Made by a program: the position numbers and the translations under genes. Positions 28,993-40,854 of a stretch of 64,000 nt of DNA are shown one piece after another (positions within the stretch are counted from its first letter, which is position 1; every line of letters starts with the position of its first letter). This stretch comes from Amphiscolops sp. MND2022 (Eukaryota): the NCBI GenBank assembly GCA_964187785.1, contig OZ076409.1, forward strand, positions 91,142,001 through 91,206,000. The letters are read 5' to 3'. The notes below the pieces were generated by a model. The model did no database searches. It was not told where the DNA came from and was given only the letters and a program-made list of their open reading frames with translations.

Positions 28993-29818
28993 CGCTGTAT
29001 GCATTTAAACGGAGTGGAATAATGTCGTCAATGATTAGAAGCGTATGAATGGAATAGTATTATGTAATACAATGAAGAAACTACATACTCTCAATGACAA
29101 AACATATGTGATATTAATAATGTGTCAATACAAGGCCGGCGCTCTTTTGATTTTGATATGTTTTACAAGTCTAGACTGCTTGTACATTTTGCAAGTTTTC
29201 CTGAATTGATTTACCAACAAACAAGAAAACCTATTTGCTTCATTGCCAACCCTGTTGCATTTTTCAAATGCAGGACTGGGATTAAACTATGTTTTTCTTA
29301 AAAATAAACTTTGATTCTGTAACGATGTGAAACTGAAATGAAACATTCACTTTAACATCTTTCATTTTCATGTAAACCTAGTCATGTAAGATTAAATAAA
29401 TTCAACTTTGAATTGTTTCAATGAATATCCCCATGAAATTATTTCTAGGTTAGTTACTCTGAAGTAAGGGAGAATTTGTTTATATATCATTTAAACGTAT
29501 GAGGAAGGCTATAAGCTTTGATGATGGGTGATGATCAGTCGAGGCGTTAACCGAAACACCTTTTATGGAAATTGTTTACAACTCGTTGTGAATGAAACCC
29601 GAAAACCTACGACCTACGAAACCCTTATAAGGATGTCTGAGGGATCAGAACATGACAAGCAATTTTTCCGCGGGTTTCCATCCAAAATCAAGAGGGAGAA
29701 GGGAGTTCATCACCATATGGTCTATATTTTATCTCGCAATCAGCAGCTTCTTCACTTCAAGTAAATTTGTAGAAACTCCCCCTCAGAAATACTCCGCCAA
29801 AGTTTAAATCTTAAAAAA

Positions 29819-30876
29819 ATGCAATTCAACATTGACGAAACGTTCGACAATCTCGACTCTCCACCATCGATAATCGACATCTCTAGCGAATCCGGAGAAG
29901 AGTTCGTGGTGGAGCCAGGCGACATTCAGGCACTGGACGAAAGATTCCGTGTAGGAGGTCCTTCCGCAGATGCAATGTCAGCATTCGTGAGAGCCGCCGC
30001 CGCAACTCTTTTCCCCTCCTCAGCGGTTCCTTACCAAAATGAAGAAACCATTGATACAGCCGGCTCGCAGATTGAGAGACAACTAATGGAGCTAGTAGAG
30101 GAGCATCAGAGTAACGACTCAGCCTCACCGCCGTCATTCATCGACACAGAATTCGAAGAATCTCCGGAATTCCAGACGAGCAAGAAACGAGCGGGAATAT
30201 GTCGGTCAATAGTTATGGCCGTCCGACCGCGGCGGTTCTACCCACTCCAAGAGGCCGTGGTAGAGGTAGGGGATCTGTCACCCGCCCCGTGCCGACTTAC
30301 CCGCCTGGCTACTCACCCGGAATGAGTAATTTCAACATAACAGGAGCCGGCATACGAGAAATACAACCCGCAAGGTTTGGTGTAGAGAACAACCTCCAAT
30401 GGAACCAAGTACCACCAATTACAGCTAACCCAAGTGTCCCACTTATTGGTGTGCCACCACAGGCTAATGTCATCCCGCTGATGATCCAGATCCCGCCAAA
30501 TGCAACCAAATTCGCGGTCAATCATGGGGGTTTTCAAGCTCAACAACAAACACCGTATGGAATTACAGTGCAAACCACCGACAGCACAGGCTTCCTACTC
30601 CTCCCAGCTAGAGAGAGGGAAGCGTATCTCTTATCACCCACAGTAATGCCTAATATCGCCGGCTTTTGCGACTGGTGTGGCAAGACGTACGATCAAATAG
30701 GGCTGGAAATTCTCGGAGAGTATCTCTTAACGACTGCTTATGACTCCGAAACAGTGAGGGATCGCAACGTGAGGTCCCGTGCGTTCATCGACGGGTTCGA
30801 GGAAGCCCTGTTCACCTTCAAAAATGCAGGACTGTCGCAACCCAAGAGTTGCGTTGGACCCGGCGTGCAGCTTTAG
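29819..30876 (+). pseudogene. Small accessory ORF, copy C (SIM-like/acidic N-terminus plus CxxCGK domain), one frameshift at ~30200
   Basis: SIIDISSESGEE; FCDWCGKTYDQIGLEILGEYL..ETVRDRNVRSRAFIDG aligns with copies A and B. Confidence 0.7.
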
Positions 30877-31163
30877 TTGAAGAAAACAGAACGTTCCTCT
30901 CCCCATCTCCCTTGAAAACTGTGAAACTTTCACTGAAAAAACTTGGTTGTGTTCATTTCTGTTTCACTTTTTCTCTTTTGGAAGTCATGTAAATAGTTTG
31001 TGTAATTTGAATTGAAAAGGGTCTAGTTTTACTGTCTATTGAGGACTCATATTTGCATGGAACCCAGGCCAGAATAGAAAAACACGTGCTAATGAGCAAT
31101 TTATTACGTAACATTGGTTTTCATTGAGCCCAATTAGTCTAAATACCAATTTGTGCTAATGAC

Positions 31164-31347
31164 TATGCGGTACTATGCGGATCGAGCAGTACCGCATACT
31201 CGTCATTATGCGTTTGTGCCAATCTTATTATACGGCATCCTACGGATCGAGGTTAGACGAATACTCGTCATTATACGTTTTTCATAGAAACACTATGCGG
31301 TATCCTGCGGATCGCATGGTGACGCATACTCGTCACTATGCGGTCTC
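31164..31347 (+). repeat. Phased motif array 3 (6 copies, ~33-bp period, alternating variants)
   Basis: tatgcggtactatgcggatcg alternating with tactcgtcattatgcgttt. Confidence 0.85.
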
Positions 31348-31776
31348 AGCAGGACCTTCTAAATAGAGTAGAAAGACGAAATAGTGCTAGTTGGAAACCA
31401 TTACAATTGCAGTTTATATAGTATTTCGGGTAATTTCCAGGGATACCTAGTTCTTTCCTTGGATGTACTCTAAACGTGGAGTTATTTAGCTGATACTATA
31501 AATAGTATGACGTTACTCTGACGTAATCCTATTTTTACCTTTCTCTAAAAGTGACGACAGTAAAAAGGAGTGTCATGGTTTTTTTGGAGCTATTTCATTT
31601 CAAAACTAAAAGGAACATCATTCAAATCTTGACCGTTGAATAGTGCATTTGTCCTTTTTAGACATCTGTAAACTTCTTGATAATTTCGTGATATTTCTGA
31701 ATCTTGTTATTTTTGAATAAACAAGATAATATAAATTCTTCCCCAAAAACCAAAGCCCATTTTCACTCAAAGCAAC

Positions 31777-32353
31777 ATGGGAAATAGACGCAATAGACGT
31801 TTTAGAAGACTAGAGACACCTTCCCCAGACAGAGAAGTAGAAGTAACTCAAATAGGGACGCCCATTACAGGTAATGAAACTTTAACTAATGTTAATACTG
31901 TGATTCAAAGAGATTTAGTTGAAAACAACTCAGAGAACCAGTTTACCGAACCTAGCCAAACAAGCAACGAGATCCAAGTATGGACCCAAATTATGGAACA
32001 AAAGAACAATGATAGAATTGAAAAGATGAGAGAAGAGATGGAAAATAAACTCGAAATGATTCTAAAGGAAATAAAGTCTAATAAGAGTGCATCAACTGTG
32101 ACAAACCCAGGGTCGGAAATTAACGAAAACAAAGATTCGCAGCCATCGGGATCCAAAACAAATAGGCCCATAGGAGTTCACGCATTGAATAACGAACACT
32201 CAGATTCTGAAAGCGACGATTATCCTCTCAAAGCTTCTAAAATGAAAGACTTAAGGCATCCTGCAAGACCAATATTTCACAATGAATCAGATGTAGATGT
32301 AACTCTAAACCCAGAAGATGAGTCTGATGCAGAAGAAGTAGAGGATTATCACA
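31777..32353 (+). CDS. gag N-terminal segment encoded within the LTR of element C, truncated at the LTR end
   Basis: Basic N-terminus, coiled coil and acidic tail ending DYH at tatcaCA; same position as the gag-N ORFs of A and B. Confidence 0.6.
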
Positions 32354-33512
32354 GCATTATATAAAGTTTGTTCCTTTTCTTTAGAACACGAAAAAAACAT
32401 TTTCTGCATCCTACCTGGTTTACATAAACAGGAACACAAACGTTTCACTAGCAATATTCGCCTTAAGTTAGTCGTAACGCCAATTCTGATCTTGGCTGTT
32501 TCGCAAACAAATCAACAGTTCAAATAATATTGATGTTTTCTACTATGGTCAGCTTTTTTCGCATCAGTTTTCCAATCTGACGGTACGTTTGGTGCATGTA
32601 GTTTCACCAAACGTTTTCCTGAACTTCTAATTTTGGGAAAAAGGGCAATAAAATCTTTCATTATTAAAAGAATGCTGTGAACACGAACCGCAAAGTTAAG
32701 ATCGTAATGTTGCCACACTGACTACTGTATTCTACCACAAAACACTGAACAAAAACAATTTTCTTCTTGTTTTTGTTGAAAAAGACTGGCTGCGTGGAAG
32801 TTTAGCCACTGCATCAGTTTTGATGACTTTTACTTCCAGGTCATCTGGGTCTGTGGCCATATTAGCTTTGATCGGACAGAATTTTGTGATCATTGCCCCC
32901 ACCCTTTCGATGGGAAATTTTCGCCAGCAACAGCCAGTAACAAGCACAAGCGTAAGTAGGGCGATCAGCCATTTTATCACTTTTGATGGTTTGGAGCCAG
33001 ACTTTTTTTCGATAGTCGTTGCATCACAGACTTTTGTCTTTTGTGCCATCTAGACATTTGGACAATACATTACTTTGTGGCCTCGCCACTTTTTTTTGCG
33101 AACATGTTTCAACAATAGCTTAACAGCAAAATGACGAGAGCAAATGCAGGACGTTCATTTTGCTGAAGTACTCGTATATCTCTTTAGACTTTGAATGACA
33201 TTTTGCTGTCCAATGATAACTTCGATACCGGATGTCACATTTCTTAACTTCGTTCAAACAAACAACACAAATATCAAGCGCTCTGTACTCTCAACATATA
33301 CATAAACTTTGCTTATGTCGCAGTTAGTAAGTATCAAAACAGCACCAGTTGTTTATCAAAGTTTGCAATATCATATCTTGTGATCTTTCAACAATTCACA
33401 AGACCCCGCCCATCAAAAATGCCCAAAGTGCCATTCTTGCATTTGAAATGAAGCGAACTAGTTTTAAACCTACTTTCAAAAAAAGGGAAAACACACAAAG
33501 AAAAACGGATCT

Positions 33513-35875
33513 TTGTTGGTTTTGTTCCTACTGGTTTTCTTCACCCCTGCTTCAGTTCGAAGTGAGTGGCTTTCTAATTTAGAAGCCTCCAATAACCCGA
33601 ATGAAATCCAAAATAAAGGCGTTCTGTTCCATAAACGCAGCAAGACATTGCTCGCGGAGAAATTTATCAAAGTTGAAAATTTGGTTCCCTTCCCATCATA
33701 CGACTTCCAACCTAGTCCCGATTTTGTACCTTTGAAGGCGAAGCTTGCGTCGATGTGCAAACTTCCGTCTATCTTTTGTCCATTGGATATTTCAAGTCAA
33801 TTTTCAACAAATTCAAAGCCCTTCAATGTTACCTGGACTGGATCTTAAAACAAATCCAAACTGAAATACACACAGCGGAACTGGATGTTGCCCTCTTACG
33901 CAATGTTGCCCTATTAGCGAAACACCGCAATTTCATTACGCAATGAACTTGCGGTTTTTTCGCTCCCCTCCTCAACAGGCACAGAATACTCCCCACCGAC
34001 GTGGATCCCACGTGGGACTGGCGGCTCTTGCTGCAGTCGGAAATTTCGGAGGTGGAATGGCTATTGGTAGTTCAGACTCCTTTGGACAACAAGACATTTT
34101 TGGTTCCTGTGAAGACGATGCGAAATCATATGCCGAGAACAATCGCAAACGATCGGACTCCCAGGACGTTTTAATTGGGTGTGTAACTGAGCTCACCACA
34201 TCTGCGGACAAAAAACTTTTTATCGTAGAAAACGAATTTGCAGCACATCACGACATCCAGAGGGAACACGTTGATACGCAGAACAAAAACTGGGTATTTT
34301 TCAAAAGCAGTTTGATGTTTTGGAACAAAAATTTCAAGTGCTCCGTGTCTGCATGAAACTGTTTTTATAATCAACGAAAAAAATTCAATTGTGGTACCTT
34401 ATCTTCGCTACTAGAAATGAATCGTGCAAATGTTAAGAGCTATCGCGCGGCTTTATTTGCGTTCCGTATGAACATCTTAGATTTGATTCCAGCTATACGT
34501 AGAAGTTATCTACCTTTGTCCGTTGTACCAACGTAATCACTATTAACTATCCTTAGAAGTGTTAAAATGAAACGGACGATGGCTGAGGATAGACTATCTC
34601 TCGCTATCCAAATGTCAGATCTGCTGTCTTACTTTGATTTCAAGCTTTTAGCAGAGTGCTATCACGGTTAATGAAGGTCTTTTGGTGACCCCAAACATCT
34701 CGCTAGCATCTAAGTAGACGGTTTTTACTGTCTATGAAGCTAGATAAATTCCTATACCGTATCGAGACGATCCTCAGTCGGCTCTTACATCGAGAGTCCA
34801 TATTTAGCTCTATCGGAGGATCATATGGAGTCCTCTGTCCGCTCTGCAGAACAGTTTGATCATTTTCCGGGCTCATCCCGTTACTGAATCTGTTGAGAGT
34901 CTGTTCCAACAGAGATGGGATACTCATCTTGTTTAGCCACCTTGTATTCAAGTACAGCTTCGGAGCTTGCTGTATGTGATATTACCATTGTACAATTACC
35001 AGCCATCGAAAAAGCAACAAATTTAGGCTATAGCATTTGGTTAATTCAATCCGCTCACGCCGTTACTCTTCGAGAAGTTTCATCTTCATCTGGTCATGGC
35101 TATTTTTTTAACGGATGCCGCATCTGTCATATCACCTTAGCATGTGGGATGCAAATCATGACTCAAAACATCAAAAATCAGTCGGAATTTTGAAGTTGTG
35201 CTCACAGTCCACCAATAAAACTGCAAATTTCTCTGCCTAATCCTATCGCTTCATTGGTTATGGAATTCCCATTTTGGACGAAATACCGTTCTACACATCA
35301 AAAGCTGGAACAGGAGTGAATTTATTGAAGGATGTAAAACTACAGTTAGCAAAAGGACCAACGATACGTGAAATTGGACATATTATTGACATTGCAAGAC
35401 CATATGCATATGAAATGAAACTACTGAGACCGCCCACACAAATTTATATATTCAATACGTTCGACTCCGAATCTCAGTTGTGCTCACAATAACTGTGTTC
35501 ATTGTTTAAACAGCTTTGCAATTGCTGTTTATGTACGTTTATCATCGACACAATTTGGCATCGAAAATGTTTCTATCCCTTCTTTATAGAAACAAAAAAG
35601 AAGTGCGAGCTATACCCATGATGAAATTGGAAACAACTGATTCCTATTCTGAGGAAAAATTTCACAAACAATTCGGACCAATATACCTTCTTTCACGTTC
35701 ACAATCAAAAATGAATCTAAACGAACAACCTACGTCTGCTAAATGCAATCAAGTGCTCATGCAAGGAACACTAGACCCTAGAATGTCAATTTCAATGTTT
35801 GATCGAGCAACGACCCAATCCAAAAATTGCCAATCAGTCAACAACCTTCACTCATCACCTTATAGTACAACTTAG
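33513..35875 (+). pseudogene. Degenerate class I viral fusion glycoprotein (env/F-like)
   Basis: Signal peptide MLVLFLLVFFTPASVRS; basic cleavage site PHRR followed by the fusion-peptide-like GSHVGLAALAAVGNFGGGMAIG; heptad region; Cys-rich GCRICHITLACG; hydrophobic C-terminal stretch. Many stops and frameshifts. Confidence 0.7.
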
Positions 35876-36310
35876 CAACTCCCAAGTTAGTCCCACTCAA
35901 ACAGTTCATGATCAAAGCGATTTTGAGGCAGCGCATGCCGATATCAAAGCCTGACTTGCCGATTCTTCAGTTCAATCGTTCATTCATTATTGAGATTGAT
36001 CAAAACAAATCCAATCCTTTCATATTTTCTTCTGCTGTGATATGTACACTATAAATGTAGTAATCTTTGTCTCTACAATATTTAACTGGACTGGATGAAC
36101 TATACACAAAACAACTACTTCAAATTGGAACGTGTGCTGCTCCCCAACTCTTCTTTGGAATCTTCAAATAGAACACGTGAAACTGGAATACTCAACTTGG
36201 TCACTTAAGCTTTTATCATCTTCACTACACTACTCCTCAGACTGTATAATGGCGCTTTCCAGTCGCCGGAATGTTTTCGATGAGTGTAACATAGCTGAAA
36301 CATTCGTATG

Positions 36311-36496
36311 TTGAGGTCAAATGAACCAATCAAACGAAATCTTTAACTATTTGACCTCAAAGCTATTTCACTTATGACAAAACTTGAAACTTTGAATTGT
36401 TTGATCATCGTCTTCAAAAAAATAACTATAATAAATTTTATGAATAGAAAAAACATCAGTGCTGACTATAACTTGATAATTTAATGGTTGTGTTTT
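36311..36496. repeat. Dispersed ~185-bp repeat, copy 2
   Basis: Similar to 19575-19760, same orientation. Confidence 0.8.
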
Positions 36497-36818
36497 CTAT
36501 TAGCAAAATAGAAACTAATCTTAGGATTGTGATCCATGCTCCCAAGACTTGACTGCTCTTCATTTTTGCATCCAGCCGCCAGGCATAACTACATATCTGA
36601 AAAGGAGGAATATAAGTAAGAGTTTGTGTTCAACTTTTTCAGAGTAATTTGTACACTCGCAAAACTGCTTCCTGGAGAACTGTTGACTTCTGCTGCAACC
36701 TGACAAGACTAAAAAACGTCGTAGCCACGCTGAACCCTCACTGGCACTCCAGAGTGACTCCACTGCTAATCCATTGCAAATCCATCTTCGTCCCACTTCA
36801 ACGACTAGTGGTCATAGC

Positions 36819-37464
36819 TGTCATAACCATAATCACCATCACTAACTTGAGAATCTACTGAATTCTCTCTACGATAGTGTGTTTGGTTATTTTTAATCGA
36901 AACTAACCTCGGAAACTCATTCTGAGCATCTTGGTACGATTTATTGATATTTTCCGGATGCAGTCTATTTGACCGAAGGTCCTTCTGAGAATTTTCTGGG
37001 GCTGCAGTATCTTCATGCAGTCCGTCTGACCGAAGGTCCAAGTTTGTATTTTTAGCTGGATTCTGCCTCTTAACTGCATTTTTGACGCTGGGAAGCACCC
37101 TAGTGTCAATTGCAGCGTTTATAGCGTCCAATATCTGAGAATTTAGACTAGTTTGCATTTCCTGAAATTTCCTTGACATCTGTGATGAAATCTCAGAACT
37201 AATAGCTCTACTAGTTTCAATGGTCAAACAACTATTTTCACTTGGATTATTATTCAGGAAGGTTTGATAATCTTCTACATTTCGGTCCTGGCCTTCCCGT
37301 TCATTAAACCTTTGGTCTGATGTATTCTCATTATTCTCATTTTGGAATTCATTATTCTCTCTCTGATAACTTCCTAACATTACATCGAGATTTTCTATAT
37401 CTGACATCACATCAGACTGTCTAGAGCGTTTCTCTCTTGCTTTCTGCTTTCTTGTTGAAGGCAT
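36819..37464 (-). CDS. gag N-terminal segment within the 3' LTR of element A
   Basis: MPSTRKQKAREKRSRQSDVMSDIENLDVMLG..ISSQMSRKFQEMQTSLNSQILDAINAAIDTRVLP is homologous to 51148..51741. Confidence 0.7.
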
Positions 37465-38209
37465 TTTCAAGAAATGGATTTGATTTCAACAGTGAATCAA
37501 TCAACAGTAACAAATTGAACAGTTTTGTATTGTAGCGTTCTCAATCAATGAGTGGATCCTTTTATTACAAATTCCGCGTATATATAGTTTATACTGCATG
37601 ACACGCAACATTTTGCGTGTCAGGAACTAAATTTAGGGTGATATCATTCTAAATATAGCCCCGGTTTCATTATTAGGACACTAGTTCTAAAAATAGACTG
37701 AAGGTTTTGACATTACGTCACACAAATGAAGAGATATAAAGAACATCAAACAAACAGTGGGTATCTTTACATGTATTCAAATTCAGGTTAAAAACAACCT
37801 TTCATGCATTGGTAACATCAATACTCAATGAAATTCCAAATTTGACCATGCGTCAGCATGACTGCAATGATGGACTGGTACTTCACTCTGATTGGTCAAC
37901 AAGTACTTGTGACCACACGTCAATTTGACTGCAGTAGAGTACTAGTTAATTAACTAAGAAAAGTGTCTTAAAGTACTCTTTAAACACCGTTTAACAGCAC
38001 TTGAGTTAATTTGCTAAGTATTGCGTCGTTAACTAAGTGATGTACTTTAGGTTCAGATTAATTGCAAGTAATTTCATCAATGGGAAATTCTAAATAGTAA
38101 CAAATCAATAATAGCAATTGAATAAATGCACTGATTGAATGCTGTCAGTTTGACCTTAGGTCTAAATAATAACATCGAAATTACATGTTTAGCGTTAATA
38201 TTTCGGTCG

Positions 38210-39094
38210 TTACATGCTTGAAACAAATATTAAACTATCAGAATAAATGCTAAAGTTCGTTTCAGAGTTTGTTCTAGATAGGTAGTACCCGGGGGCTGGT
38301 AGCGTCTTATTACCTTCTGGCATCATTTGGTATCGGATGCCGTCACAAGCGGCAGCTTGCGACACTCCCCCCGGTACAAGTATGAACGTCCCTGCTTTCA
38401 TACCTGCCTGGAATGCATCACGTCTGGCAATCCGCTGCTCATAATTTTCTCCGGGAATGTGTGTCTGTTCAAGGTACCCCAATGTTATTTCTTCTTTAAT
38501 GTCCGCAGATGATTTCCCACAGATCACGCAGCCAGTTTGGGTCGTCTCATTCGGTTGGCCACAGCTTCCACTGACGCTAATTCCTAGGCCTGTGATGTGT
38601 GAATTGCCATACCATGAGTTTGCCGAACCATGAGGTTGCGTAGGCTGGTAGGTGTCAACTGATGGTCCTTGGTCTTCTAACGGAGGTGACCACGGTGAGT
38701 CCCGTATTGGGTTTAGCTGGCCACAATACGTTATTGGGTGGTCATCCGCATTTGAGCCATAAGAAGTTCTTGGGGGCCCCCTACACACCAATCGAGCAAG
38801 TCTTGTGACGGATCTGTAAAAGTGCTTACTGATCCAATTAAATCGTCATCTGGTATGTTCAGGTCATTCAAGCAACGAGCTAACTGTCGTCATTGCCCGA
38901 CCCGCGGTGAGTTGTGGAGGGAAGGGTATATTTTCACGATAACAAGCAAGAACTTGTATATCGTCGTCAGAATCTTGACCGTCAGGCCCATCTGCAATGG
39001 ACACTGAGTCCACTTCCATTTCTTCATCGAATGACTGGTAAGAAAGGCTAACTAGAGGTCTATCGTGTTCCTCCAAAGAAAATTGTAGAGACAT
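38210..39094 (-). pseudogene. Small accessory ORF, copy A (split by a stop/frameshift)
   Basis: DSDDDIQVL..AGRAMTT; CVICGKSSADIKEEITLGYL..RRDAFQAGMKAGTFILVPGGVSQAAACDG. Confidence 0.75.
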
Positions 39095-40854
39095 TTCCTT
39101 GTAGAAACGTTGAATGAGAAGTTTTTTAGCAATTTTGGTTTGAGTTTCTTTGCGGCCGTTTCAGAGAGAACTTTAGGGTAGGAATGACGAGGTGAAGTCA
39201 GACTGACTATAGGTCTGCTCCCGTTTTCGCGGGAACGGTTGAGCGGGAAATTTACCAACATCTCCCCCAACTATTTCCTTATAGGTTTCAATTTGGGTGA
39301 ATGGACATCAACAATCTAGAGTTTACGGTCTGTAAGAGTTTATTAATTGCCTCTTGAGTTGAGTTTACTTTCCTTTTCAAAGACACCTCATTGCCGCTAT
39401 AAGAGGTGTTAGTGTTAATTCTCTGTAAACAATTGGCATCAAAGACCTTTGGTCAGGCCGACTGCAGTAGTAGGACTGACCAATAAACTTTCTGAATGAG
39501 TGGATGATAATAATGGGTGAAACCGAGTAAAATCGCAGAGTAAAGAGAATTAACTAAATTTCATGAAATGGTTTGTAATTCTATGGAATGAAATTCCACT
39601 GAGCGTTTAACCGAATGAAGATATGTTAATTTTTCAATATGTTAACCTGTATTAAGTACACCGCTGGCAGATACGGGACCTATTGTCACGGTTGTCTAGA
39701 TAATTGATAACATTGAGCAAGTTTACATGTAGCCACGACTCTTTGATGTTAGGAATTAATAGCGACGAATTGTACATATTGGATAAATTCAGGGAAGGGA
39801 TGGAGATGGTTTCATAATTGCTAGTGGGCACTGAGGAGTATCATAACGCCATTAACTCCGTTTCAGGTAAGAAGGTGATGATGACGTCATATTTGTAATA
39901 GGTTACTCTTTATGAAGTGTGAATAGTAGTAGTCAGGTATTTGTTTGCAGTCAAGTGGACTTTGCGTCTAATTAGTCAAGTACTACTATGCTAGTAAAGG
40001 AGCGCTGTCTAGTGTACTTTCAGTGTAAATGTATTCATGACGTCACTTGGATGGTACAGCGTGTTAGTATAGTGAAGCAGTCTGGTTAAGTAAACATAAG
40101 AATTAGATAGCCTTAGTAACTGGTGCGACAAAGAGTATCAGTTGACATCATTCGTTTAATTCAGCCAGTGGAATTTCATTCATTATTCTAGTTGTAATCT
40201 TTCAATTCAATTGCATTCTCCTTGTTATTTGATATTCAAGTAGTATCACTTGAGCTGTACTGATTTACCTTTGTAATTTAGTGCTGTCTCTCTGACCTTG
40301 GATTTCAAAGTAGCGGGTATCATTGCAATCAATTTGAGCTTTCCATTCCAGGAATCATTTCTACATTTAACTTTCTTATCTTGTCAATTGCTGAGTAATC
40401 AACCTCAAGTAGCATCACTTGAGTTGCAATAGATTATTTCGGTATTCTCTTGCAGTCTCTCTGACCTTGGGTCTATTGCCAGCTTTCTGAGTAAGGCCAA
40501 CCACTATTTCTGAAGTAATTCGGCAGCAAAACTGTTATTTCCCATAAAGTGAATTACTTATTTTGGGATCTTTGGGGAATTAATCTACTTGGGCGGACCT
40601 GTCTTGCTGTCAACTATCCTGTAACTGATCCGACTCTTCAATACCCAGCGCATATTACGAAAGGACTGAGTCACATCAATTCTGCCCTTCCATATGGATG
40701 AGACATCAGGTTGGTTCTTTTAATTTTGTTAGAAATAAACTTGATCAGGGTTTTAATTCTAACTTTGCCACTTCCTCCATCATGAAATGTTCTGTCACGA
40801 ACGTGAACATTGTGTCTAATCTACGTCCGGAAGGTTTCTTAAATTTGCGGCAAG

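Larger units (their letters stand above)
23975..32353 (+). mobile_element. Gypsy element C, 3' part only (accessory module plus candidate 3' LTR 28422-32353); pol lost
   Basis: Same gene order as elements A and B. Ends at ..gattatcaCA inside a gag-N-like ORF. The left end abuts truncated BEL gag. Confidence 0.7.
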
